Of a stretch of 64,000 nucleotides of DNA, positions 54,195 through 63,529 are shown in pieces. This DNA comes from Alphaproteobacteria bacterium (GTDB taxonomy: Bacteria > Pseudomonadota > Alphaproteobacteria > UBA828), in assembly GCA_965214705.1 (NCBI GenBank), contig OZ243972.1, forward strand, positions 32,001 to 96,000. Reading direction: 5' to 3'. The notes beneath the pieces were generated by a model. That model did no database searches. It was not told the origin of the DNA and saw only the letters and a program-made list of their open reading frames with translations. Within the stretch, counting starts at the first letter, position 1, and each line of letters starts with the position of its first letter. The position numbers and the translations under genes were made by a program.

Positions 54195-56099
54195 ATGCTG
54201 CAATCCATGCGCCAGGCCACCAAGTCGTGGGCGAGCCGCGCCGTCATCATCGTCCTGGCCTTGAGCTTCGGGGCCTGGGGCATCAATGACGTGTTTACCG
54301 GCGGCAGCCGCTCGGCGGTGGCGACGGTGGGCGACGTCGACGTTCCCACGGTCCTCTTCGACCGCCAGTTCCAGCGCGCCCTGCAGCGCGAGCGGGACCG
54401 CTCCGGCCGCCCCGATCTGACCCGCGACGAGGCCCACCAGGCCGGGCTCACTGGCCAGGTGCTCAACCTCCTCGTCCGCGAGTACCTGCTGGACGCCGAG
54501 GCATCCAAGCTCGGGCTGAGCGCGGCGGACTTCAGCGTCAGGCAGGAGCTCGAGGCCTCGCCGGCGTTCTCCAACGAGCAGGGCAGGTTCGATCCCGAGC
54601 TCTACGATCTCGTCCTCGAACGCAACAACATGACCCGGACCGAGTATGAGGACCTGATTCGCATCGACCTTCTCCGCGATCAGATCCTCACCTCCGTGGG
54701 CGGTGACCGTAACGTGCCGGAAGCGATGACCGATGCCCTCCACCGCTACCGGGCGGAGGAGCGGAGCGCCCGGCTCGCCGTGATTCCCGCGCGCGGCATC
54801 GGCGGCCTTACCGAGCCGGGAGAGGCCGCCATCCAGGCCTATTACGACGAGAATGCGACATCCTTCATGGCACCCGAGCGGCGCAGCGCGGTGATCGTGC
54901 ATCTCACGCCCCAAGCCATGGTCGCGGAGATCGAGCTGAGCGACGAAGACGTCTACGCCGAATACGAAGCCCGGATCGACGAGTTCGAGTTGCCGGAACG
55001 ACGCGCGGTCATCCAGATCAACGCCCAGGACGAGGCGCTGATTCGGGAAGCCACTCAGAGGCTGGCGGAAGGCGAGGATTTCGACACTGTCGCCGACGAC
55101 CTCGACCGGCGCGGGGCGAGCGTGCTGACCATCCCCGATTTCGAGGCCGACGGACCGCTCAGGGACGCGAGCGAGGCGGTCTTCCGCCTCTCCGAGGGCT
55201 CGGTCAGCGACCCGGTGCAAACCCCGTTCGGCTGGCACCTCTTCAAGGTCGAGAAGGTGGAGCCGGCGCGGCGCCAGAGCTTCGAGGAGGTGAAGCAGGA
55301 GCTGCACGACGAGATGGCGCTCGACCTCGCGGGCGCGGGACTCTTCCGCCTCTCCACCGTGCTGGAGGACGAGCTCGGCGGCGGCGCCTCCCTGGAGATG
55401 GGCGCGGCCGCGGTCGGCGTCGAGCCGATCGTCGTCAACGGTATCACCCGGACCGGGCTCGACCGGGGCGGCTCCCCGGTGCTCGTCGAGCTGGCCGAGC
55501 GCGACGACATTCTGACGCTCATCTACGAGACGACGGAGGGGAGCGAATCGCTCCAGACCGAACTCGGCGATGGCAGCTTCGTCATCCTGCGGGTGGACGA
55601 GGTGGTCGTGCCAGCGCCGCGCCCCCTGGAGGCAGTGCGGAGCCAGGTGCGTTCGGCGCTGGTGCGCGCGGAGGAGCAAGGGGCCGCCGAGCGGGTGGCG
55701 AATACCCTGGCCGACCGGGTCCGGGCCGGCGAGGACCTCGATGCGGCCGCCCGCGACGCGGGTTTCAGGGTGACTACGCTGGAGAACGTGCGGCGCGATG
55801 GGCAGGGCGCGGCGTCGGACACCTCGTTTGCACTGATCCGGGGCCTGTTCGAGGGCGACGAAGGCAGCCGGGAGCCGATCGTGGCGCCGACCGCCGACGG
55901 GTGGGCCGTCGCGATGCTCACACAGGTCTCCGACGCCGGCCGGAGCGCGACCGGAGACGAGCGCGACCGACTGCGCGACCAGCTTTCGCGCGCATGGCGT
56001 GGTGATCTCACGGATGTCTACCGGGCGTCGCTCTACGGCCGGCACGATATCTCGGTCAACCAGGGCACGCTCTCGGCCCTGTTCAACCAACAAAATTAG
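54195..56099 (+). CDS. ppiD: PpiD / SurA N-terminal domain peptidyl-prolyl isomerase chaperone
   Basis: N-terminal anchor LSFGAWGI, SDPVQTPFGWHL rotamase motif; divergent from tpiA. Confidence 0.8.
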   Translation: MLQSMRQATKSWASRAVIIVLALSFGAWGINDVFTGGSRSAVATVGDVDVPTVLFDRQFQRALQRERDRSGRPDLTRDEAHQAGLTGQVLNLLVREYLLDAEASKLGLSAADFSVRQELEASPAFSNEQGRFDPELYDLVLERNNMTRTEYEDLIRIDLLRDQILTSVGGDRNVPEAMTDALHRYRAEERSARLAVIPARGIGGLTEPGEAAIQAYYDENATSFMAPERRSAVIVHLTPQAMVAEIELSDEDVYAEYEARIDEFELPERRAVIQINAQDEALIREATQRLAEGEDFDTVADDLDRRGASVLTIPDFEADGPLRDASEAVFRLSEGSVSDPVQTPFGWHLFKVEKVEPARRQSFEEVKQELHDEMALDLAGAGLFRLSTVLEDELGGGASLEMGAAAVGVEPIVVNGITRTGLDRGGSPVLVELAERDDILTLIYETTEGSESLQTELGDGSFVILRVDEVVVPAPRPLEAVRSQVRSALVRAEEQGAAERVANTLADRVRAGEDLDAAARDAGFRVTTLENVRRDGQGAASDTSFALIRGLFEGDEGSREPIVAPTADGWAVAMLTQVSDAGRSATGDERDRLRDQLSRAWRGDLTDVYRASLYGRHDISVNQGTLSALFNQQN

Positions 56100-56106
56100 T
56101 AGAGGG

Positions 56107-56733
56107 CTACGGCGCCGCGGGCCGGCGGGCGACCACGTACCTCACGACATCGTCGATCAGGAAGCGGTCCTCGGCGAGCACGAGACCGGCGGGCTCGACA
56201 TGGCGGTGCGGCTCGCGGTCGAAGCCCGCGCCGTAGGCCCACCGCACCCAAGGCGCCCACAGGCGCATGATGAGCCGCCGACCCGGCTGCTTGGACCACG
56301 TGTAGTCGAGCAGGCGGATCTCGCCGCCGGGCCTCACGATGCGCCCGAGCTCTTCGAGCGCCGCCTGCTGCTGATCGGGCCTGAGAACGCAGAAAACGAA
56401 GCTCGCGACGATCCCGTCGAAGCTTGAGTCCGCGAATCCGGTCCTGAGCACATCCATTGCCGCGAGCGGCGCGTCGCTGCCCAGCGCATCGCGCCGGGCG
56501 CGGGCCTGCGCGAGCATCGCCTGCGAGAGATCGACCCCGATGACCTCCGCGTCCGCCGGATAGTAGGGGAGGTTGCGGCCGGTCCCGACGCCGGCGTCCA
56601 GAATCCGCCCCGTGAGCCCAGCGAACAGCGTGCCGCGGATCGGCGCATAGCGCTTGCGCTCGAACGACCCATCGAGGAAGTCGTAGAAGCGCGCGATGCG
56701 CCGATACGTCGCGCGCGCGTCACCGGCGCTCAT
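56107..56733 (-). CDS. Class I SAM-dependent methyltransferase
   Basis: ILDAGVGTG, GVDLSQAML, FDGIV, RPGG. Confidence 0.88.
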   Translation of the reverse strand: MSAGDARATYRRIARFYDFLDGSFERKRYAPIRGTLFAGLTGRILDAGVGTGRNLPYYPADAEVIGVDLSQAMLAQARARRDALGSDAPLAAMDVLRTGFADSSFDGIVASFVFCVLRPDQQQAALEELGRIVRPGGEIRLLDYTWSKQPGRRLIMRLWAPWVRWAYGAGFDREPHRHVEPAGLVLAEDRFLIDDVVRYVVARRPAAP

Positions 56734-56765
56734 AGCCGCGCCCCGCCGGAGCTAGGTAAGCGGCG

Positions 56766-57041
56766 CTATCGCCCGACCAGTTCGGCTGCAATGCGTCTTG
56801 CGCGGTCGGTAAAGCCCTCGACACTCTCGCCCTCGAAGCGCTGACGGAAGCGCTCGGCGGCTTCGGTGATGTGGGCCTCGATCTTCTCCTGCGACGGCTT
56901 TCGCTTCGGCGGGACGAGTTCGCGCAGCACCGCCTCAGCGGCGAGCAGGCGGCAGGCCTGATCGACGACCATCATTTCCAGAGCCAGGATCAGCTCGTCC
57001 CTCTTCTCCAGCTCCTCCTGAATGTTCCGCGGGATCGGCAT
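56766..57041 (-). CDS. Hypothetical protein
   Basis: 91-aa helical ORF with AAGGGAG RBS. Confidence 0.55.
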   Translation of the reverse strand: MPIPRNIQEELEKRDELILALEMMVVDQACRLLAAEAVLRELVPPKRKPSQEKIEAHITEAAERFRQRFEGESVEGFTDRARRIAAELVGR

Positions 57042-57117
57042 CGTTTCACTCCCTTGACCGCGATCGGTATCCTGCGCCTGAGAGACGGCGATCTTACTCG
57101 AAAGCGACGGAAACATC

Positions 57118-57606
57118 GTGGCGCGACGCCGCAAGACCGGAGTGCCAGCGAAGCGGCGATGGCTTCGCTACGGCATCATCGTCGGAATTCTTCTGCTGTT
57201 CGTGATCGTCTACGAGACCGGTCAGCAGTTGCGCCGCGGCAATACCGGAGCGGAACAACACGCCGCAGCACCTGGGGCCGAAGAGCCCGTCGATCCCGAA
57301 GATTCCGTGCGCCGGATCAAGAACTACTACCGCTCCCACGATCTGCCGGCCGGCTGGGAGGTGGGCGACACCGTGCGGGCCGCTACGGGCGCGGTCGAGG
57401 TGGAGGTCTACTTCTCCCCCGGCATCCGCTCGGCACGCCACGGCGAAGCCGCGCGTCCCCGCGAGATCGGGCGGCACAACGCCTGCCCGACCGAGGAATC
57501 GGACCTCTGGGGCGAGCTCGCAGAAGCCGCCTTCGAGATCGAGGTGAACGACAAGACCGGGGTGATCGACCGCTTCGCCTGCACCCCGCCCGCACCGGCC
57601 GGGTGA
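57118..57606 (+). CDS. Hypothetical membrane-anchored protein
   Basis: Basic N-terminus, one TM helix, exported domain with two Cys. Confidence 0.6.
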   Translation: MARRRKTGVPAKRRWLRYGIIVGILLLFVIVYETGQQLRRGNTGAEQHAAAPGAEEPVDPEDSVRRIKNYYRSHDLPAGWEVGDTVRAATGAVEVEVYFSPGIRSARHGEAARPREIGRHNACPTEESDLWGELAEAAFEIEVNDKTGVIDRFACTPPAPAG

Positions 57607-57616
57607 GAATACTGCC

Positions 57617-58408
57617 CTACACAGGCACCGGGTCGATGAGCACGTCGGCGTCGCTCGCGGCCTTGCCGCGCCACTGGGCGACGAGGCGCATGCCTTGCGC
57701 CTTCTCGTCCGACGACATCTCCTTGACCACGGCCTCCAGGGCGGTGAGCGCACTGCCGATGCCATGCCGGGCGGCGAGCGAGAGCCACAGGAAGGCCTGA
57801 ACCCGGTCCCGCTTCACGCCCTCGCCCGCCAGGTACATGTGGCCGAGACGCGCCTGGGACTGGTAGTGCCCCGTTTCCGCCGCCTTGCGGTACCACTCGG
57901 CGGCGCGGGTGTGGTTCTGCGGCACGCCGTTGCCCTGGCTGTAGAGCACGCCGAGGTTGAAGCGGGCGTTGGCATCGCCGCCGCGGGCCGCGCGCCGCAG
58001 CCAGCGCACCGCCTCCGCCATGTCCTGGGCGACGCCGCTGCCCATGGCGTACATCGCGCCGACGTTGCTCTGGGCCAGCACGTTCCTGCCCTCGGCCGAC
58101 TTGAGATACCAGGCGAACGCCGCCGCCGCGTCGGCCTCGACGCCATCGCCGTTGGCGTAGAGCGAGCCGACCCAGGCCTGCGCCTCGGCGTTGCCGCCTT
58201 CCGCCAGCGGCAGCCAGAGCGCCCGCGCGCGGTCGAAGTCGCGGGCCATGTAGGCGCGCCGCCCCTCCTCGATGGCGTCGGTCTCCTGGCTGACCCGCGC
58301 CGCCCGCGCTCCGTCGTTGCGGGTCTTGGCCGGGCGCCGCGCCTTACGGGACGGTCCGCTCGCTCTTCTTGTAGACATAGACGCAGTCCGTATCTTCGTC
58401 GCCGTCAT
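57617..58408 (-). CDS. Sel1-repeat protein (start may be 58378)
   Basis: Several AQxxLGxxYxxGxGVxxD...WYxKAAExG repeats. Confidence 0.9.
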   Translation of the reverse strand: MTATKIRTASMSTRRASGPSRKARRPAKTRNDGARAARVSQETDAIEEGRRAYMARDFDRARALWLPLAEGGNAEAQAWVGSLYANGDGVEADAAAAFAWYLKSAEGRNVLAQSNVGAMYAMGSGVAQDMAEAVRWLRRAARGGDANARFNLGVLYSQGNGVPQNHTRAAEWYRKAAETGHYQSQARLGHMYLAGEGVKRDRVQAFLWLSLAARHGIGSALTALEAVVKEMSSDEKAQGMRLVAQWRGKAASDADVLIDPVPV

Positions 58409-58649
58409 ACACCAGCTCGCCGTCGGCCTTCAGCCGCCGCAGAAAATAGTCCTGGACCGTCTGCGCCGCGTAGAAGGTGAGCGCCTGCTTGTAGAGCCAG
58501 GGATCGGCGTCCTTGTCCACCTTGTGGACTTCGAAGAGAGTCTTCTTCGGGTCCGCGGCGATCCCGACGTAATAGTCGCCAAAGTCCCCGCCGAACTCCT
58601 TGATGTAGGCGAGGATCTCGTACTTGATTTGCTGGACGCTGAAGACCAT
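58344..58649 (-). CDS. Hypothetical protein
   Basis: 101 aa, coupled to the upstream Rieske-like gene (TGATG); normal codon usage. Confidence 0.7.
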   Translation of the reverse strand: MVFSVQQIKYEILAYIKEFGGDFGDYYVGIAADPKKTLFEVHKVDKDADPWLYKQALTFYAAQTVQDYFLRRLKADGELVYDGDEDTDCVYVYKKSERTVP

Positions 58650-59770
58650 CAGCGCACGGCGGCCACGTAGAGCGGGCCCGCCTGGTGGACCTCGTGGCGC
58701 TTCAGCAGCCGCCCGATCACGTAGGCCTGCAGTAGGTGGGCGGCCCTGTCCTCTTCGAGCGGGAGCGCATCGAGGCGCGTCTCCGGCTTGGAAGGCGTCC
58801 CGAACCGCGCCAGCTCCTTTTGCTGAGCCGCCGCCTCGCCACCGGCCTGTTCGAGCGCCGCGCGCAACGTCTCGACTTGCGCGGGCTCGATCGGCCGCGC
58901 CGCGATGACCCTGACCCGGGCCAGCGTCTCCTCCAGCGCGGTGGGCTGCAGCACGATGCTCACCAGGAGGTCTTCGGCGCGCAGCAGGATCAGGTTGGGC
59001 AAGAGCCAGAAGACCGTGGCGGGCTCGTCCGAATAGTCGGCGTCTGCCCGGAGTACGATGGCATCGCCGCCCGCCTTCTTCACGGCCTTGGCCTCAGGCG
59101 CGAGAGAGCGCAGGAGTGCGCGGCCGAGCAGCTTCCAGTTGGCGCCGTATTCCACCCAGAAGCTCTCGGCATTCTCCCAGTCCGCGGCGGCGTCGAGATC
59201 GAGGGCCTCGGCCACGCCATCCAGCCGGTCGGCGAGCGGTCCGGCCTCGGGGTCGAGATTGACGAAGAGGATCGGCCCCTCGCTCTCCACCGTTACCGGC
59301 AGCAGGCGCTCGGGCCGGTAGCCGAGATACTGGCGCATGGTCGGCGTGTTGTCGCCGAGCTCGTCGGCGGCGATCACCCCGCGATCCCGGCTGTAGCCGC
59401 ACGAGGTGAACGAGCATCTGGTCTTGGAGCCGGTCTGGCACTGGGCCGGTACGAAGCGGCAGCCGCCGTGCTGCGCCAGATTGTAGCGCCCGATCAGCCC
59501 GTCATCGCCGCGTTGCACGTGAACGCCGTGGTTGCCGACCGTATAGGGCAGCAGGTCGCCGACATTGGGAATATCGCGCTGGGAGCCGACGCAGACCCAG
59601 CTCCGGGTCCAGATCTTCTCGTCCTCCAGGTCGGCGAAGACCTTGGAGCGGTAGGCGATGGGCGTGAGGATGCTCGCCTTGCCGAAGCGGCCGCGCGACG
59701 GCCTGTAGAGAGCGGGATCCTGAAGATCGACGCCCTCGTCCACGTAGTCGAGATCGGGCCGCATCGTCAT
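58649..59770 (-). CDS. Ring-hydroxylating oxygenase alpha-subunit-like protein with degenerate Rieske motif
   Basis: E..KIW.RSWVCVG...IP..GD, ANWKL, LPN; Rieske boxes read NLAQHGG and CSFTSCGY. Confidence 0.7.
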   Translation of the reverse strand: MTMRPDLDYVDEGVDLQDPALYRPSRGRFGKASILTPIAYRSKVFADLEDEKIWTRSWVCVGSQRDIPNVGDLLPYTVGNHGVHVQRGDDGLIGRYNLAQHGGCRFVPAQCQTGSKTRCSFTSCGYSRDRGVIAADELGDNTPTMRQYLGYRPERLLPVTVESEGPILFVNLDPEAGPLADRLDGVAEALDLDAAADWENAESFWVEYGANWKLLGRALLRSLAPEAKAVKKAGGDAIVLRADADYSDEPATVFWLLPNLILLRAEDLLVSIVLQPTALEETLARVRVIAARPIEPAQVETLRAALEQAGGEAAAQQKELARFGTPSKPETRLDALPLEEDRAAHLLQAYVIGRLLKRHEVHQAGPLYVAAVR

Positions 59771-59842
59771 CGGGCCAGACCCTCGGCCGCACCGGGATGG
59801 GGCGGGTGCACCGCCCGCCCCGCCCGTGTCTGCGGCGAACCC

Positions 59843-62248
59843 CTACTTCCGCTTCTTGTTGAGCGGCGGGTCGTAATCGGCGCGGCCACGATGCTTGATC
59901 GCGCTGCGCGGCGGCGGTGGTAGCGGGCCGTCTTGCGCGAAGCGGTCGAGCACGTTCTTCACCAGCCGCGAGATGTTGTTCTTCTCGGGATCGCCGTTGT
60001 TCCACGGCAGCGACCCGCAGAACGCGATCGAGCTGAACGCGAAGCACGCACCGCCGTTGGGCGTCTCGTGATAGGCGATGTCCGAGCGCACGCGGGGGTG
60101 CTGGGTGCCGTCGAGGCCCTGCTGGTTGAAGCCGAAGTCCTCCATCACCAGCAGGTAGCCCTCGGTATGGCGGCCCGCCGAGGTCGCGGTGATCAGCGTG
60201 TGCGGCGGCGAGCCGAGCAGGGTGTCGACGATGTCGAGCTCGGTGCCGGCGGCACCGCCGCCGACCAGGCCGAAGTTGCCGATCTTCTCGTCGTAGTCGA
60301 TGCCCTCGTAGGCCCACGAGACGCGCGGATCGTTACTCTCCGGCGTGCGCGAGTAGTAGCTGGAGATATCGAAGCCTTCGGACGACATGCCGGTGCCGGC
60401 GATCGAGTGCAGGTAGCGCCCACGATAGCGCCACATGCCGCCGAGCTCGCCGGTCGACTGGTGGTAGTACTCGCCGGGATCGGCCCGCCAGGTCCTGATG
60501 CCGGACTCGCAGCGGCGCATCTCGGTGATGATGCCGCGGCCGAGATGGTCGTAGGCCGGATGGTAGGAGTGGATCCAGTAGAAGCCGTCCGCGCCCATGT
60601 ACATGAACCGGCCGCCGCGCTGGGTGTAGTCGTGGATCGCGTCGAGCTGCGGCCCGGAGTTGTGCTCCGGATGCGAGCCCGTGATCACGACGTTGTAGTT
60701 CTCCAGCCGCGCGAGGCCGTCGTAGTTCACGTCCTCGTCGGTGATGACGTCGTACTTGTAGCCCAGCTGGTTGAGCCAGTAGATCAGGTGCAGGTCGGCC
60801 GGATACTGCCAGGGCGCCTGCATCAGGAAGTGGTCGTACTGCGGCCGGATGCTGAGGATCGGCCGCAGCCTCGACGAGAGGCAGAGGCCGCTGCCGTCCG
60901 TGTGGGTGTCGTAAATTGAGCCGCCGTACTCGCGGTGCTCGGCCAGGAACATGTTCTGGTGCTGCATGATCGGCACGCGGTAGACCAGCAGCTCCGCCCC
61001 GCCCGCGTTGTTGGCGAGATGCTCGTTGGCGTAGGCCATGTAGCTGATCGTCGGCATCATCACCGCGATCTTGGCCTGCTCCTCGCCGGGGCGCGGCACG
61101 ACGAAGAACGGAATGTAGTCCTCGTCGCCCTCGTCCGTGGTGAGCTTGACGCAATAGGAATCGCTCTCGTAGTTCGCCGGCACGGTCCACTCGAAGTCGA
61201 CCTCCCAGCGCGCATCGTCCACGTCGTCGTCGTGGAAGTGGATCGCGCCATATTCTTGCGGCGCATGCTTCCAGTCGAAGTTGTTGCCCGAGAAGTTGTG
61301 GCCGGTCATGGCCCGGGTCGGGCAGTTGACGATCTGCGCATCAAGTAGGTACGGCCCGTGGTCCTTGCCGACGATGGTGTTGATGCCGTCGGAGAAGTCC
61401 CAGGCGGCGACGATCGTCTCGGAGAGTGCGCCGGTCGGGCCGGAATTGCGCCGCTCGGTCATGCCGCGCTGGGCGCCGAGCTTCATGGTCTCGATCTCTT
61501 CGCGGCTCAGCGCGCGATTGCAGATCCGGGGGCTGTCGATCTTCCCGTTGTAGTGGCCGTTGATGATGATGCCCGCCGGCACCGAGGACTGCGCCGTGGG
61601 ATCGTTGCTGTGTGCGCCGGTGTAGCCGGCGATCACCGCCGGGCTCCCGTCATGCCTGACCGGCCCTTCGATCTTGTCCCTCGCGGGCCTGATCGCCGGG
61701 TCGAGGGCGTAGACCACCTGCGGCTCGTGATAGAGGATCGCCTGACCCGTCTCGGCGTTGTAGGTCGCGGCGAGGAAGTGCCAGGCATGGTCGCGCAGCG
61801 GCGCGCCGGTCGTGACCTTCTTGCCGTTGATGCGGAGCTCGGCGCAGCCGTCCTCGTTGATGAAGAGGCCGTAGCCCTTGTTCCTGTGCCACTTGGTGAC
61901 CAGGCCCTGGGCGCCGTGCTTCCAGTACTTGGGATGAGTCTTCGGCGTTGTCGGCCAGACCCAGCATTGCAACGTGAAGCTCTGCACGCGAAGCTGCGCG
62001 TTATCCTCCACGCAGCCGTAGGAGCCGCTATGGATGACCTGACGGCGGCCCTTGTAGGAGCCGTTGAGCGCCGCCCGCCTCTTGCGCTCGATCAGGCCCG
62101 GCCCGCGGGGGTTGGTGTCGCCGTTGATCATCTTCACGAGCTGGGCGTCGTAGGACTTCGGCCCGTCGCAATTCACATAGAAGCGGATCGTGTCGCCGGG
62201 ATGGACGCCGAACTTGTCCGCATATCCCGTCAGTCTCATCCAAGCCAT
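59843..62248 (-). CDS. dmfA2: N,N-dimethylformamidase large (beta) subunit family protein
   Basis: GYAD...PGD.I.F, LamG-like domain, AIHFHDDD, SYMAYANE, SIYDTH.DG, SHPEH, GTELD. Confidence 0.88.
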   Translation of the reverse strand: MAWMRLTGYADKFGVHPGDTIRFYVNCDGPKSYDAQLVKMINGDTNPRGPGLIERKRRAALNGSYKGRRQVIHSGSYGCVEDNAQLRVQSFTLQCWVWPTTPKTHPKYWKHGAQGLVTKWHRNKGYGLFINEDGCAELRINGKKVTTGAPLRDHAWHFLAATYNAETGQAILYHEPQVVYALDPAIRPARDKIEGPVRHDGSPAVIAGYTGAHSNDPTAQSSVPAGIIINGHYNGKIDSPRICNRALSREEIETMKLGAQRGMTERRNSGPTGALSETIVAAWDFSDGINTIVGKDHGPYLLDAQIVNCPTRAMTGHNFSGNNFDWKHAPQEYGAIHFHDDDVDDARWEVDFEWTVPANYESDSYCVKLTTDEGDEDYIPFFVVPRPGEEQAKIAVMMPTISYMAYANEHLANNAGGAELLVYRVPIMQHQNMFLAEHREYGGSIYDTHTDGSGLCLSSRLRPILSIRPQYDHFLMQAPWQYPADLHLIYWLNQLGYKYDVITDEDVNYDGLARLENYNVVITGSHPEHNSGPQLDAIHDYTQRGGRFMYMGADGFYWIHSYHPAYDHLGRGIITEMRRCESGIRTWRADPGEYYHQSTGELGGMWRYRGRYLHSIAGTGMSSEGFDISSYYSRTPESNDPRVSWAYEGIDYDEKIGNFGLVGGGAAGTELDIVDTLLGSPPHTLITATSAGRHTEGYLLVMEDFGFNQQGLDGTQHPRVRSDIAYHETPNGGACFAFSSIAFCGSLPWNNGDPEKNNISRLVKNVLDRFAQDGPLPPPPRSAIKHRGRADYDPPLNKKRK

Positions 62249-62347
62249 CGGGTGTCTCTCCCCTTAATCGCGCGGGCTTGTTCAGCCGCTCGCGCGCCTT
62301 GATCGGTTGCCGCGTGGAATCCCGGAATGATCGCCCGGACCTGAGCC

Positions 62348-62788
62348 CTAGGACGCGGCCCAGTTGTCGTCCCGGCGCTTCCAGCCCTGGTGGAAGTGCT
62401 CGGGGAAGCCGTCGGTCTCCGGGAACTCGTCGAGCCGCATCAGGAAGATGTCGTGCTGCGGGTCCTGCTCGTTGTCGTACACCTTGTCGGACACGAACTC
62501 CGGCGGCACGCCCCGGATGCCGGAGCACCGCGCAATGCGCCACTCCTTCTCGATCTTGGTGCAGACCACCACGAGCTTGCCCTTCGCCGGCTGGGCCCGC
62601 ATCCGCAGCAGCACGCGGTTGAGCTGGAAGTCCTCGTGAATGCCGCCGCCGACCTCGGTGGTGTCGCCCGGTGTCGCGCAGCGCAGGATCGAGCAGCCGG
62701 CAACGCCCTTCATGGACTCGATGCACGCCTTGTGCTCCTCGATGAGACGATCCCGATCGGGACTGCCTTTTGGCGGAATACGGATCAT
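62348..62788 (-). CDS. dmfA1: N,N-dimethylformamidase small (alpha) subunit family protein
   Basis: LIEEH...L.RVL..MR..P..GK...W.I.R.SG.RG.PP...H.IF..R pattern; directly upstream of the large subunit. Confidence 0.75.
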   Translation of the reverse strand: MIRIPPKGSPDRDRLIEEHKACIESMKGVAGCSILRCATPGDTTEVGGGIHEDFQLNRVLLRMRAQPAKGKLVVVCTKIEKEWRIARCSGIRGVPPEFVSDKVYDNEQDPQHDIFLMRLDEFPETDGFPEHFHQGWKRRDDNWAAS

Positions 62789-62830
62789 TCTGGGTCCCCC
62801 CTCGCGTCTACTGCCTCGGCCCTCTTGTGC

Positions 62831-63529
62831 CTAGATCGTCAGGTACTTGTCGACGACCTCGTCGGTCAATCCGTCGATGGGGCCACCCTCGACGACCAGA
62901 CCGTTGTCCATGATGACGAACTCGTGCGAGAGCTCACGCGCAACCTTGATGTGTTGCTCCGTGAGCACGAGCGTGAGCCCGACCTCGGTGTTGAGCCGCA
63001 TGATCGTGGCCTCGAGCTCCTGCACGATGTTGGGTTGGATGCCTTCCGTCGGCTCGTCCAACAGCAGGATCTTCGGATCGGTCGCGAGCGCGCGCGAGAT
63101 CGCGAGCTGCTGCTGCTGACCGCCCGAGAGCTGCCCCGCCCGCTTGTCCAGGTTCTCGGCCAGGTAAGGGAAAAGGTCGAGGCACATGTCGGGGATCTTC
63201 CGCCGCTTGTCGTTGCGGGCGAAGGTCCCGAGCAGGATGTTCTCGCGCACCGAGAACTTGGGCAGGATGCCGCGCCCCTGCGGGATGTAGCCGATGCCGA
63301 TCTCGGAGCGCTGGTGCGTGGGCATGTCGCTCGCGTCCTCGCCGGCGATCCTGAGCGTGCCGGTCATGCGCGTGGTCAGCCCCATGATGGTGCGCACCAG
63401 CGTCGTCTTGCCGACACCGTTCCGCCCCAGCACCGCCACACAGTGGCCGTGGGGAACCCCCAGGCTCACGTTCTGGAGGATCGGCGTCTTCCCGTAGTAG
63501 GAAGTGACGCCTTCCAGCTCAAGCAGCAT
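62831..63529 (-). CDS. Urea/short-chain amide ABC transporter ATPase (UrtE/LivF-like)
   Basis: GRNGVGKTT, YIPQGR, LSGGQQQQL, DEPTEGIQPNIV. Confidence 0.9.
   Translation of the reverse strand: MLLELEGVTSYYGKTPILQNVSLGVPHGHCVAVLGRNGVGKTTLVRTIMGLTTRMTGTLRIAGEDASDMPTHQRSEIGIGYIPQGRGILPKFSVRENILLGTFARNDKRRKIPDMCLDLFPYLAENLDKRAGQLSGGQQQQLAISRALATDPKILLLDEPTEGIQPNIVQELEATIMRLNTEVGLTLVLTEQHIKVARELSHEFVIMDNGLVVEGGPIDGLTDEVVDKYLTI

Noticed and set aside
58344-58649. GIY-YIG nuclease call for the 101-aa protein (YYVGI motif)
   Set aside because: The catalytic Arg and Glu positions are not evident; left as hypothetical.
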